DNA of 63,591 bases, the filler included, from Sphacelaria rigidula (lineage: Eukaryota): NCBI GenBank assembly GCA_964200075.2. It is 10 parts of 10 records of this genome, joined end to end, with 100 filler letters (N's around TTAATTAATTAA, not from the genome) between each part and the next. Parts side by side here need not be neighbours in the genome. Positions count along the whole stretch, not along the records: positions 50,954 to 57,222 come from CAXNAA020021116.1; positions 57,323 to 63,591 come from CAXNAA020021117.1; 8 more parts are not named here. One strand, written 5' to 3'. The notes beneath the pieces are model-generated. The model was not told the DNA's origin, searched no databases, and worked only from the letters and a program-made list of their open reading frames with translations. The translations under genes and the position numbers were made by a program. Shown here piece after piece: positions 52,601 to 63,591 of the stretch. Each line of letters begins with the position of its first letter. Position 1 is the first letter of the stretch.

Positions 52601-54749
52601 GGAGAACCGAAACAATCAGGGGGGTATTCACAGCAAGCAACTGCTGATGTGAGCTGTTGATTGGGAGTTATGAACGCCGATTTGTGCGTTACACACCAAG
52701 CCGATGCTGCTGTTATACCCTCCCGTTTGGTTTTAGCGGAAAAACCGAGATGCCGCACCTCGCTTCATGCTTTGAGTGACACGAGTGCTACTTCGAGCAA
52801 GAGCCGGATCCAGTTGTTTGGATTCTTTAGACAGGTACCCAATGAGGATGCTTGGATCTTGATGCCGCTGCACCGGTTGTCAAATCCACCCCACCCAACA
52901 GCTGCGGCGCGCTTGATGATAGCCGCGCGATGTAGCTTCTCCGAGCAACGTTGTGTTTATGTCATGGTACGATACTTACGACCTGGGTAGGAAGATGCCA
53001 GTTCAGTGGGCACCGGGGCTAGCAGGCCCAAACACAGTCTTTAGTATCGAAACCATTGAGTTCGATATTATCGAGTGCGAGTCAACCACCGCACCAGTGG
53101 TCAGGTGGCATGTCATGAACCGCGCAGGCGACAAGACCCATAAAATGCGTGCAGTGCGGGCTGCAGCACAACATGTGTTGCATGAAGGTCAAGCTTACAT
53201 TTTGTGAAGACCAGAGAATCCTCTGAGATAGCAGTCCCTGACGGCGTAGATGCTCTTGTATTATTGGCGTACAGGCTAACTTGTGCTTTGCTAGTTGAGA
53301 TGCATGGTCCAAAACGGCTGTGGCCCAAGGGGGCCGTCAAGTCAATCCCATAAAACAATGTAGTATGACCCATCAGGTACCAAGCATGACAAAGTATGAC
53401 AAATGGAACCCAGTCGACTGGAACATGACCAATAAATCTGTAACATGTACACAGCTGAACAATAAACACGAATTACAGTCTCGCAATACCTCCAGGTGCA
53501 CAGCACCGACAACCGCCGGCCATGTGTACTTTGCGCACGAATGTTCGCCGGTTCCCGTCTCGGGACACTTCACTCTCCAGTAGTGGGTCAATAGCACTTA
53601 CCTCCTGCCTACGAAGCACTTCGTACACAGCGTGCCCGCTGTGACTATGGGACACATTGATGGAACGTGCGCACGGTACTGTAAGATTCCCGACCGGGAA
53701 TTTTGAATTTTCAAATTTTTGAAGAAAAAAAGCAGTTCTCGTACACGGAAGCAGGCGCTCAGCAGCACACCGTATGTGTGATCAGGGGGGTGCGTGGGAT
53801 ACTCAGCATGCGCATGCGCACGCGCAGGCGCATTTGAAAGGATGAATCACGGGACGTATCTGTGCTATCGTGTTGGCACGGAAGGTGGCAAGCATACGCT
53901 GCAGCCAGGTGTCCCAGCTCCGTTCTGCCCAGCTGATCGGTCACTTCGAGGAACCAACAGGCATGTGAAATTTTGAAGGACCCCAAGCTAAACAGAAAGC
54001 ACGATTTTTGCGCTACAGCGCATGCAGACACAACGCGAAACAGTGCAGCCCTACAGCGATTCGACTATGCAGTACTTCTTACTTTCTCGATTGGGCTCCA
54101 TGTTAACTGAGTCTCCTGGTAGGGGAACCAAGCTCGTGAGACACAGGCTTGGGATGGCGAAATACCAGCGGCCAGCATACCCGATACTGCAGGCAACAGT
54201 TGTGTTGTACCAAAGACTCACCGGAGAGTTCGGTTGAAACAACACTGCATGCATCATACAAAACACAGGCTGTGGAAACCCAAGTTTGATCCTCGGATTG
54301 GTCACCATATCGTGGTCTGGCCACGAGGTGATGAGGGCATCACTCTCCAGGAACAAGTACAGTCGGGAGTTGCAATCTGCAATCAGCCGACTTGAGAGGA
54401 CGGTTGCAGTCGAATGCAGCTCGCGGCACAATGACCTTTGAGTCCGACCAGCACTGCATCATAGGGTCAAGCCTTAACTCACTTTCACGTGCAGAGAAGT
54501 GCTCTTGACTTGCGTGCAAGCGAGATATCTCCAGTCGATGGCTGATAGCTTTGTTATTAGGCTTTGCTACTGGTCAGCTAGAACCGAAGTTGCTAGGTGG
54601 TGTAAAAGCTGTGAGGGGCAAGCGGCTCCGGTGAAGGACGCCCGATTGGAAGACAACACCAACATTCGAATGGAATAAGATCTACTTCTGCCCTTGCCAC
54701 GTGTAGTTCGAAACGCCTACTACATATACAGTCGTTATCCGCTGTAACA

Positions 54750-56072
54750 GTCAAGCAGTTATAGCTAGGTGCACTCAACGAACGCGGTGTACACGCGTGT
54801 CGATGACGATCTCACCAGAGAGAGAAGCAACGTCAGAGAGGAAGCTCCTCGCCCGTGTCCTTTGTGTGTCCCCGCTCGGCGATTACCAATATCGCTCGAG
54901 AGACTGGCATCACCGATCTTACCAGCATGTACCCCATTCTCCATGTTGTGCCAGAACACCGAGAGCTACGGAGAGATTTCGTCTCTTCTTCTTGCTTGCA
55001 CGATGCGAAGATCGATTTCTCTCTGCCTCTCTTCTTGGACAAGACGCGCGTCTACGCGCTGAAAAACATATCGTTGAAAAAATAGGGCAGTCTTCCCGTC
55101 ACCGCTACTACTTTTCTCTGCCACACACATGCCAGCAAGGACGGTGCTGCGCCAATAACAGATAAGTCCAATTTGAACTTAGGGGGTGTTATTCATTGTT
55201 GATTTTCCCCCACCTCCCCCAACCGGGTGCCCGAGCAGAAGAGCGTGCCACACGCCAGTTTTGGGGGGTGTATGGGAGATCAAACACTTGTGGAGATCTC
55301 CTTGACATGCGGAGTGAAAAAAGATACCTATGCTGGTGACCTAACTGTTGCTAGCGTGAGGCATAGGCGTCAGCCCATATGCCGCAATCTGCAGCACACG
55401 CTGACCGCGTAAACACCTAAATAATAGGTACAACAGTACGAGTAGCTTCCCATTATTAATAATTATTCCGATGTCAGGAGGTCATGCATTATTCCAAGTT
55501 GGGAGGAGAGACGAGAGTGCTCTACGATCAACCGCATGTCGTTGCATTCGAGAGCCACGCCATCAACCGCCGACAGCAAGGGTCTTGTGGCTTTCACGCG
55601 ACGCTGTCGGCAGTACGGCAGGCAAACCGGATCATAGCTAACTTTCGTTGCTCTACCGCGCACGTACTCCCGTCTGCTCAGAGGTGGTCACGGTAACAAC
55701 ATGCACCAAAGTCGCAACACCTGTGAAAGTGAGAGAGTTTGATTGTCATGAACTGCATCCACACAATTGAAACGACTTTCAAAACCCGAGGGAGGACGGC
55801 TTCCCTGTCCCCCAGCCAGGTATTGATGGACGAGGAACGACTTTTTACAGGCGCATACAACACAAATGGGGGCCCGGAGAGTTTCTTTCCATCAAAACCC
55901 GTGTTTTCCAACCTGCAAAGCGTCCCATGCGCATTGTTTTGTAATTCGAACGGTAACTTGTCGATTTCTGCCCCGTTCTTTAAGGACTGCCTGATGCCAA
56001 TCCCGGAAAAGTCTGGTATTGCTGTTCGATTGTATCTTCGGGTGTTTAACTGGACCCGAAACGGCCACCTTT
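54750..56072 (+). repeat. Foldback-family copy with one arm plus spacer (non-palindromic form)
   Basis: Colinear with the minus strand of 14100-13007 and includes the segment of about 195 bp that copy 1 lacks. No second arm after 56072. Confidence 0.85.
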
Positions 56073-56721
56073 CCATTAATGATACCCTTCTGCCGAAACA
56101 ATTTCATCCTTCATGAGGGTCCAAACTCCAGTGTTTACACTCCCTCGCGCACAGCACCGGCGAACGTTCGCTACAGGACAAATGTTTCAAAGAGCCAGCG
56201 TGTGCCCACAGGACCGCTGCACATAATACATATATATCCGGGGGGGAGGCACCTCATGGCGAGTGTTGCTCGCAGCTGAGGGCATGCCGACCATCATTTC
56301 TGCCCTTCCATGTTGCCGTAGGAATGCGCTCGGTGGCACAATTCTTGCGCAATGTGCATCGTACCCGCAGTCTGACACGCATGAGACGGAGCGCGACTTC
56401 ACATATCCGTCGGGAAAGGGCTGATATTGTTACCATTTCCGCCAATTTTGAGAAGATCACCACTCGGCGACAACCAAAAGTGTTACTTTTTGTTCACCAA
56501 GTCATGAACGTCAGTTCAGCTTGTCGCCACCTCTGCATCGCTGATAGTACGTCATTTCGATACGCAGCTGCTCGCATGTAAGTAAAACATGACCACCTAC
56601 AAAGTGACGCACACAAGACAAGAAAAAAATGAGGGAGGGAAACACTGGGTACTCAAGTACCCAACCGTACACGACCTCGATAGTAAGGACAAACCCAGAG
56701 GGGGGGGAGGGTCGCCGCACG

Positions 56722-57020
56722 TTGATCCCCTCCGCTTCCTCGGGATGAGCCCGTGGTTTCACGGGATCAACCAATCTCTCCCCGGTAAACGCCTCGCACT
56801 TTGGTCTCGCGGATTGGGTTAGCACTCCCGCACCGCGTCAACTCTCGCCAACTAAACCCAGTCGGATATTTTTTTGTTTACTCACATGCTCACACTTTCG
56901 ACGGTGGAAATCAAATACTTCGAGAAAAACATATCAACGCATCGGGAATCGAACCCACCTTCTCTACACTCTAGTGCTGACAGTCGAACCAATACGTTCA
57001 CCACCGGGACTCGACGGCAA
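56722..57020 (-). mobile_element. tRNA-derived SINE family A, near full length
   Basis: Head GTCCCGGTGGTGAACGTATTGGT...GGGTTCGATTCCCG, followed by the shared body. Confidence 0.8.
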
Positions 57021-57399
57021 CACAGGAGGGAAAGCTCGAATATCACGAGAAGAAGGAAACGAGGAGAAAGACCAATAATGCTTCAGATCGGCCAATAGAA
57101 CGAGTCGAAGCTACAACTCAACATTTTCTACAACAGGTGGAGTGTAAACAACAGTGTTTTCGTGATATTGAGAGTAGATGATACGATTGAGAGTGGCTTT
57201 GATCATTCGCTTCAAGTGAGTCNNNNNNNNNNNNNNNNNNNNNNNNNNNNNNNNNNNNNNNNNNNNTTAATTAATTAANNNNNNNNNNNNNNNNNNNNNN
57301 NNNNNNNNNNNNNNNNNNNNNNCGTCTCGAAAGGGATGCGTGGTCAATGGTCAAACGACTGAGGCAAGCAACAAATGAGTATGCCCCCCCCTTAGGTAT

Positions 57400-58870
57400 C
57401 ACAGATTGACTCACGAATGGAAAGACGCTCTCATCACGGTGCCGTTCAAGAAAGAGGATTCGCACAAATGTGGCAACTACCGCGGCATCTCCCAAGGGTC
57501 CCACGAGGGCAAGGTGGTTCTCAAGATAGCTACGATTCGCCTCAGCGAATATTGCGAACGAAAGAGAATCCTCCCAGAAGCTCAACACGATTTCCGACCC
57601 CGCCGGTCGACAGTCGACATGATGTGCGTTGTGCGCAGACGTCAAAAACTGGCCAGAGAGGAAATCTTCCGCTGTACATATGCTTCATCGACCTCCGGAA
57701 GGCGTGCCAATCAGTCGACCGCACTCTTTCATGGAAAGTGCTTCACGACACGGCGTCCCCGTCAAAGTGATTGCCGTCATCAGTCATGTCCCCGATGGCA
57801 TGCGGGCATGCGGACGCTTTCACAGCGGCGAAACTTTGGAGTGTGTTGACGTTCATCAGAGCCTCTGCCAAGGCTGTGAGATTGCCCACGTGTTCAGCAT
57901 CTCCTTCGCGGTAATAGTGAGGATGATGTTCAACCGCTTCTCGATCGACAAGGCTACGGTGGATGACTTCATTCGTATCGCTATCAGGGGGGGGAACACC
58001 ACGGACCTGCTTCGCGAGGTGATTTTGGCCATGCCGCACGCCGACGATGCTGGCATCGCGTCGTGATCTTAACCAATCCTGACAAAGATGATTGCGTCCA
58101 CCGTCGAAGTCTGTGCGGCGTTCAGTCTCGTCGTGACGAAAAAGAAGATAGTAGCCATACAAATGCGGGAGTAGAGGCGGACGTGATTGAGGTGGAGGCA
58201 GCAGGCCAAAGGTGCGAGCAAGTGGAGTATTTTCGTCTATCTCGGCGGCACTATCAACAGCATAGGCGATGTCACCACTGACGTCAACCGCGGCATTGGC
58301 TAGGCCTGGAAGTGCTTTATCAAGTACAGCAGACCGGTATACGACAACACGTACATTGCCCTGGGCGAAAATGCTCGTTTCCTGAAGGCAGAAATGGTTG
58401 AAATCATGCTTTCCGGCTGCGTGATTCGAACATTCTCACCCAATTAGCTTGTTGCGCAAAGCCCACCGCGGATTACTGTTGAGGTACCGCAACGAGAATA
58501 TCTTGACGCACAGCGCCCCGCACTACCTTATGATGCCTGCCACCAGGCTCTCGAGAGAACTGGCTGCGATTGCATCGGGGCTACCTGCATCGAGGCAAAT
58601 CTCACTATACGCCGGTCACGTCGCGCGCAAGCACGACGAGCGCCTCCCCGACATCGTCGTGCGTGGAGAAATGGTCGGAGGGGAGAAGAATACAGGCCCA
58701 TTCGCGAAATGCTTGCAACAATGTATCCCTGAGAACTGTTTCACCTTCGGAGTAGGTGCGACATGACGGACGCTAATTGCGCCAGAAGGTGCCGGGTCGT
58801 ACCGGGTCGTGGGGGAAGGAGCTAAGAAGCGCATGGTGGATTGGACCAACGCGCGCCATGAAAATGAACT
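57400..58870 (+). pseudogene. RTE-type LINE reverse transcriptase, degenerate
   Basis: WKDALITVPFKK...CGNYRGIS...LPEAQHDFRPRRSTVDM...CFIDLRKA.QSVDR...LCQGC...HADD...FVYLGG. Multiple frameshifts and stops. Confidence 0.92.
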
Positions 58871-59108
58871 GTTTGCTGTGCCACTAGAATTCCCTCTGTC
58901 TATCGAAGATCGCCGGAACATAACGAGTAGCCCATCAAGTTCTATACTCGCTTGTGTGTCTGCCGTCTTCCTGGCAACTTTGATGTTTCTCTCCGTGAGT
59001 ACCTGGCGATGTTGTTGGATCCTCCCGCGGTCTCCATTTCGTTCCTTTACTTCTTTGACACACCTCGTTTGTTTGTTTCACCACACCCCGACCAACTCGG
59101 GAAGGAGA

Positions 59109-59170
59109 GGGGGGGGAGGGGAGGGGGCGTACTCACTTGTTGCTTGCCTTAGTCGTTGGACCATTGACCA
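59109..59170 (-). mobile_element. LINE 3' terminal fragment, family 1
   Basis: About 45 nt of the shared 3' end, between two G-runs. Another copy is at 57323-57391 (+). Confidence 0.75.
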
Positions 59171-61329
59171 TGGGCGGGGGGGGGGGTGTCTTTTGTTTCC
59201 TTGACGTCTATCTCTTATTGATCAATTTTATTTTGCTTTGTTCTCGGAGTCTTAGACGAAGCCGCTCAATGGCCGCTTCTATCTCATGCAAGGGAGAGTG
59301 GTGACGGCACTGGAAAAGCGAAAGTCTACGTCTGTGATCACGGCTTCGAGAGACCGGACTAATGTGCGATATTGATGGTGATTTCAGAGAAACACGGCAG
59401 TATGATTTCGGGGTTGCTCGAGAAAACGTTCACCCGGCTTGAAGTCAAACTGGGCACACTGAAGATCGAAAAAGTGAGCTGGAGTCCTCGAAGAGAGTGC
59501 AGCGACAAGTCCTTCTGAGGTGGCACGATCCGCTGAACTCCTTATTCTGGCGAAAAATTGCACTGGATTCGCTATATTAGGTTTTTGGACAGATTATTTC
59601 GTGCTATAAAAAGAATCAGCATCGGACGATTCTTCAGACTCTCGGTCCTACGCCAAGGAAGGACCCCGCATGAATGAACGGCAGGATGGTGCTGGCTGCA
59701 TGTGAATGGCGTTCAAAACTACGGTAGATATATTGCTCGTGAACTCTCGGTGGAATGGAGGGGAAGTCGGAAAGGCAAGGGCGTGATCGACCGGTAACTA
59801 TATACTCCCTTGTGCCATGAGTTACGCATTTTACGCACGCACGGGCCCTTGACCGTGTCCGGTGCGTACGCGGTAATTCTAATGAAATGGTTCGCAGTTT
59901 TCAGTTGAAATTGGTTTTTGTTTTTCCCTGTTCGCGCATCACTCTGCATGGGCCAACGGTCGAGAAAGAATTATGTCGCACGGTGATGTCGGTAATTTCC
60001 TTCTGTTCCACCGCACAAGGAAGTAAGAAAAAAAATAGTAAGGAGAAAACTCCTGTGCTGATTTTCCTCCTGTGTGACTGATGCGCTCGTATGTACTGAA
60101 AGGTAGACTGGCGTCCAGAATACATGGGTGACGGCTTAATTGCCTGCTCGGCGCAAGGGTCGGTGGTTGGAAAAGGGTCCTGGGACCGAAAACACTCTGT
60201 TGTTGTGTTAATTACTCAGTAGAAAAGTGTAAATAATACTCTCCATGAAAAAACGTAAAAACCCACTTGTGCACTGAGCAAAAAGGGGGGGGGGGGGGGG
60301 GGGGGGGTGAGCGCGGGCTCGCCGCAGACAAAAATATAGTCCGCCACTCCATATTTCCGGTCCCCNNNNNNNNNNGTGTGGGGCGGCTTAAGAGCCAAGC
60401 TGTTCACCATTCTCGGGCAGCTCGCTCACACAAAATATCACGTCATAGCCCCATTTTTTCGCCACGCGACAAAGCGTGTGCCCCCCGCAGATATCTACTG
60501 CAACCATCATGTCCAGTATACCTTACATATCCGAATGATGTCTCTTATTCGCCTCTCCCCTTTCCCACATACGTCATGATCCAATCTCTATATCCATTTT
60601 CCTTGCATCCAGGCATTTGTACATGTACCTATCCTTGAGTGTGAATATATTTCTTAGCCCTCTCACTCTCGGCTCAACTCTACTCACATCTCAAAACCTA
60701 ACACGCGTAATTCATCTGAATGTACGAGGATGCGTCATCCCGAAAACGACAATACCCAATCCTATATTACCAAGCAAAATATATCGTCCCAGCCGCGTAC
60801 AAACATGTCGTAACGCCATCTACTTAGCAAAACGAAAATCCTTCCCTGAATCCTCTTCCTTAATACTTCATGACATATTCATGCTCTGTGTATATCCCCT
60901 CACGTCCTTCAGTGCTGAAGAAGACTTTAAACTCGAAATTCAAATCCTCACAAATCAAAACGCCATATTACTGGAGAGATATTCGACAACATCAGAAAAC
61001 ACATATTACATCAACCAAACGCAAAGTCGAAACCCGTTCATATTCACTACGGCAATTTCCGTGGCACTCGAAATCCAACACTCAAAACCATTGAAAAATG
61101 TATCGTCTACATCAGAAATCAGATCTGGCCGTACCAGTCATATATACACACACATATATATATATATATATTCACTGCAAAATTGAAAACTTGCAGCCAT
61201 GGTATCGTACCACTTCTTTCCGGGGTGGATCAATGGCCCCGAAAACTAATCAACTCAACTAAAATCAATCCAATGTACCAGCGTGCTGGAGACTTCACAC
61301 AATACTCATGACAACATTACGATGAAACT

Positions 61330-63591
61330 CGAAAGACTCTGTCGGCAATACTTTAGTAAGAAAGTCTGCGTGCTCATACTCCGATTTTGACGTGAATAAT
61401 CGAAACCTCATTCCTTCCCACCAACTCCGTGATAAAATGATGCCGCACGTTGATACGCTTGGAGTTGAAGTTCATGATTGGATTCTTTGCCAATTGAATA
61501 GCTCCCTGATTATCCTCAAACACAGGGATGCATGGCATCCCCATCTGCGGCAACATGAAACGTCAAACCTGTCTCAAAAACAATACCTCCTTGAGAATGT
61601 CTGTCATTGCAACGTATTCTGCTCCCACTGTGGACAGCGTCACACACTTCTGAGTCCTTGAAAAACCAAGAGACACATCAACCTCCACACATCATTAGCC
61701 CTCCTCATACCGACCGCCTATCAGCTACCTTACTTGCGTAGTCGCCATCTGCAAACGCATGAAAGCATAACCCCTGCATACTTCGTCTGCGAAAACAATC
61801 CCCAGCGAACTTGTTCGCCCAACATACCCCAAAATACCAAGCGCAGCACGCCAATAAATGTGTTATTGTGAGGCGCAGTACCTCGCTACTGCACGTACTG
61901 CGTTGGATATCTCTGGCCTCATTTGGGTTGACAGCCACATCAGCGACCCTATCAACTCCCGAAACGGAAATTCCGTTGCCTGCTCTTCTACACTGAACTC
62001 TTCAAGCTTCGCACCAACAGCGATGAGGACACTCTTTCCCCATTCTACACCGTATTCCTTCGCCAACTCTTCTGCGTATGTCTGTTGTGAATTTTTCAGA
62101 GTCCCCCTTCCAATATCTCTCTCATAGTACAGTCCAGAATACCAACATAAATCCCCGAGGTTCTTGACTGGAACCATCGTGTTAAGATCTCTACCAAACT
62201 CGTCACATCTGTCCTTCTCTCCCACTGCGAATATGTCATCTACATGTACTACTATGGTGATAATCATTTTGCCTTCCTCAATCAAACGAAACACGCATGA
62301 ATACGCCAAGCACTGATGGAATCCTAGTGTAATGAGTGAGAGGACCGCGTGCTTAGAGGACCGCGCCGTACTTCAAAACACCTCAGGATCGACGCTTTTC
62401 AAAACCAATCGGGTCAGTCTCTGGAGGTACCACGCCCCTGACCATAACCCTAACACCAACCCTAACCCTAACCCTAACCATAAGGATGTTCAGATTCCGA
62501 TGCGGTCCTCTAAGCACGCAGTCCTCTCACGCATTACACCTAGAACAAATAACACTCCGCCAAGTGAATATGCCATTCCCTACTTGCTCGCTTCAATCCG
62601 TACAAACTTTCGTTGAGCCTTCCTATGTTACCAGATAAGCTTCCACAACCAAGCGGCAACCGCATGAATACGTCCTCATCCAACGCAGACTGTACAAAAG
62701 CCTGTTCCATATCAAAATGACGCAACGCAAGAATTTTCTCACAAGCTAGAGTCGCCAACAAACGTACGCTAGAAACTGCCACGGTGAGGGCATACAGTTC
62801 TCCAAAAACTATCTTCTCTCTCTGCATATCTCCTCTTGCTACTAGTCTCGACTTAAATTCGTGGACCATCCAAACTCGTTCGCCTTCCACTTATATACTC
62901 ATTTCGCATGGATATAGTTGTCCACGGGTTGCTTTTTCGGTGAGTCAATCGTCCCCGCTTCCAGAATTCCACGCCATTCCCGCCCCATCGAGCCTCTCCA
63001 TAGTTCACCGCACTCCGAGCGCACCGCCTGCATGTATCCGTGGGGGACCTTGAGGTCCTTTGCTGGACATTGTGGCAGTTCCGGCAGGATGTGCGGCGGG
63101 CGTTGCTCGCGCAAAGCGGCATCCATACCTTCACGCGTCGCCAGCCTGGTCGCGAGTCACATCGGTATCCTCTCGCGCCCCCCCTCATCCAACATCCTTG
63201 CCCTGTCGTACGGCATCAACTACGCCGCGCGTGAGGAGAGCAGACAGCAAGGATCGCTTATCCAACTGCTGCATGAGTCCCCAGCTGTGGTGCAAGAGTG
63301 TGGCCTTGTCAGTCTTGTATTGCGTCGACCCCGATCGCGTACGCACTGCTTGCCGGGGCTCTGTTTCCAGATCCAGCTCCTTCCTCAATTTCATTGGGAG
63401 CGGCGAGAAAAAATGGTCCAGCAGTTCAGGGGCGGATGGTGCATCGCGCGACGCAGTCGAGGAAGGTGCTGATGACATCGGGGCTGGAATCGGGGCCGAA
63501 GAACCGGAGAAGATCGGCGACAAGGATGGAGGAGGAGCGTTCGTCGACGGACGGGTTAGGTCTGGTTGAGCCTCCTGGACGAGAAAAATTC
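61330..63591 (-). pseudogene. pol: Ty1/copia pol (RT-RNase H), degenerate
   Basis: KSRLVARG...HFDMEQAFVQ...LNESLYGLKRASREW; VVHVDDIFAVG; FRELIGSLMWLSTQMRPEI; FADGDYA...DRRS; VFEDNQGAIQLAKNP...KRINVRHHFI. The 3' non-coding part probably extends to about 60340. Confidence 0.95.
62327..62539. mobile_element. 213-bp MITE with 38-bp TIRs and an internal (CCCTAA)n tract, inserted in the copia RT
   Basis: TIR GTGTAATGAGTGAGAGGACCGCGTGCTTAGAGGACCGC (36/38). CTA (or TA) duplication. Removing the element restores ...VLGFHQCLA of copia. Confidence 0.92.

Noticed and set aside
55520..55640. Ulp1-like cysteine protease suggested by QQxSCG
   Set aside because: A single short motif with no supporting catalytic His/Asp context is not enough evidence.
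60617..61186. 189-aa plus-strand ORF
   Set aside because: It lies antisense in the probable 3' non-coding part of the copia element, is compositionally biased and has no recognisable domain.

Overview
This is not one locus. It is ten separate eukaryotic contigs (6270 bp, then nine of 6269 bp) joined by identical 100-nt N44-TTAATTAATTAA-N44 linkers, so no neighbourhood argument can cross a linker. The roughly balanced GC, long poly(G)/poly(C) runs, small GT-AG exons in long introns and the transposon protein styles suggest a repeat-rich stramenopile, probably a brown alga (inference). The content is mostly decayed mobile DNA: Ty1/copia pol and gag, an RTE-type LINE RT, Ty3/gypsy fragments, a spliced PIF/Harbinger-type Myb-like pseudogene, two tRNA-derived SINE families and more than a dozen MITEs. 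There are also a few host exons, including an SDR TGxxxGIG micro-exon. I see no intact full-length gene, CRISPR array, rRNA or clear tRNA. Three signals stand out: (1) two related LINE families that end in oligo(C) rather than poly(A) and often sit in C-runs; (2) a large foldback repeat family whose two arms share the same deletion; (3) MITEs carrying telomere-type (CCCTAA)n cores. All alignments were done by eye, with no database search.
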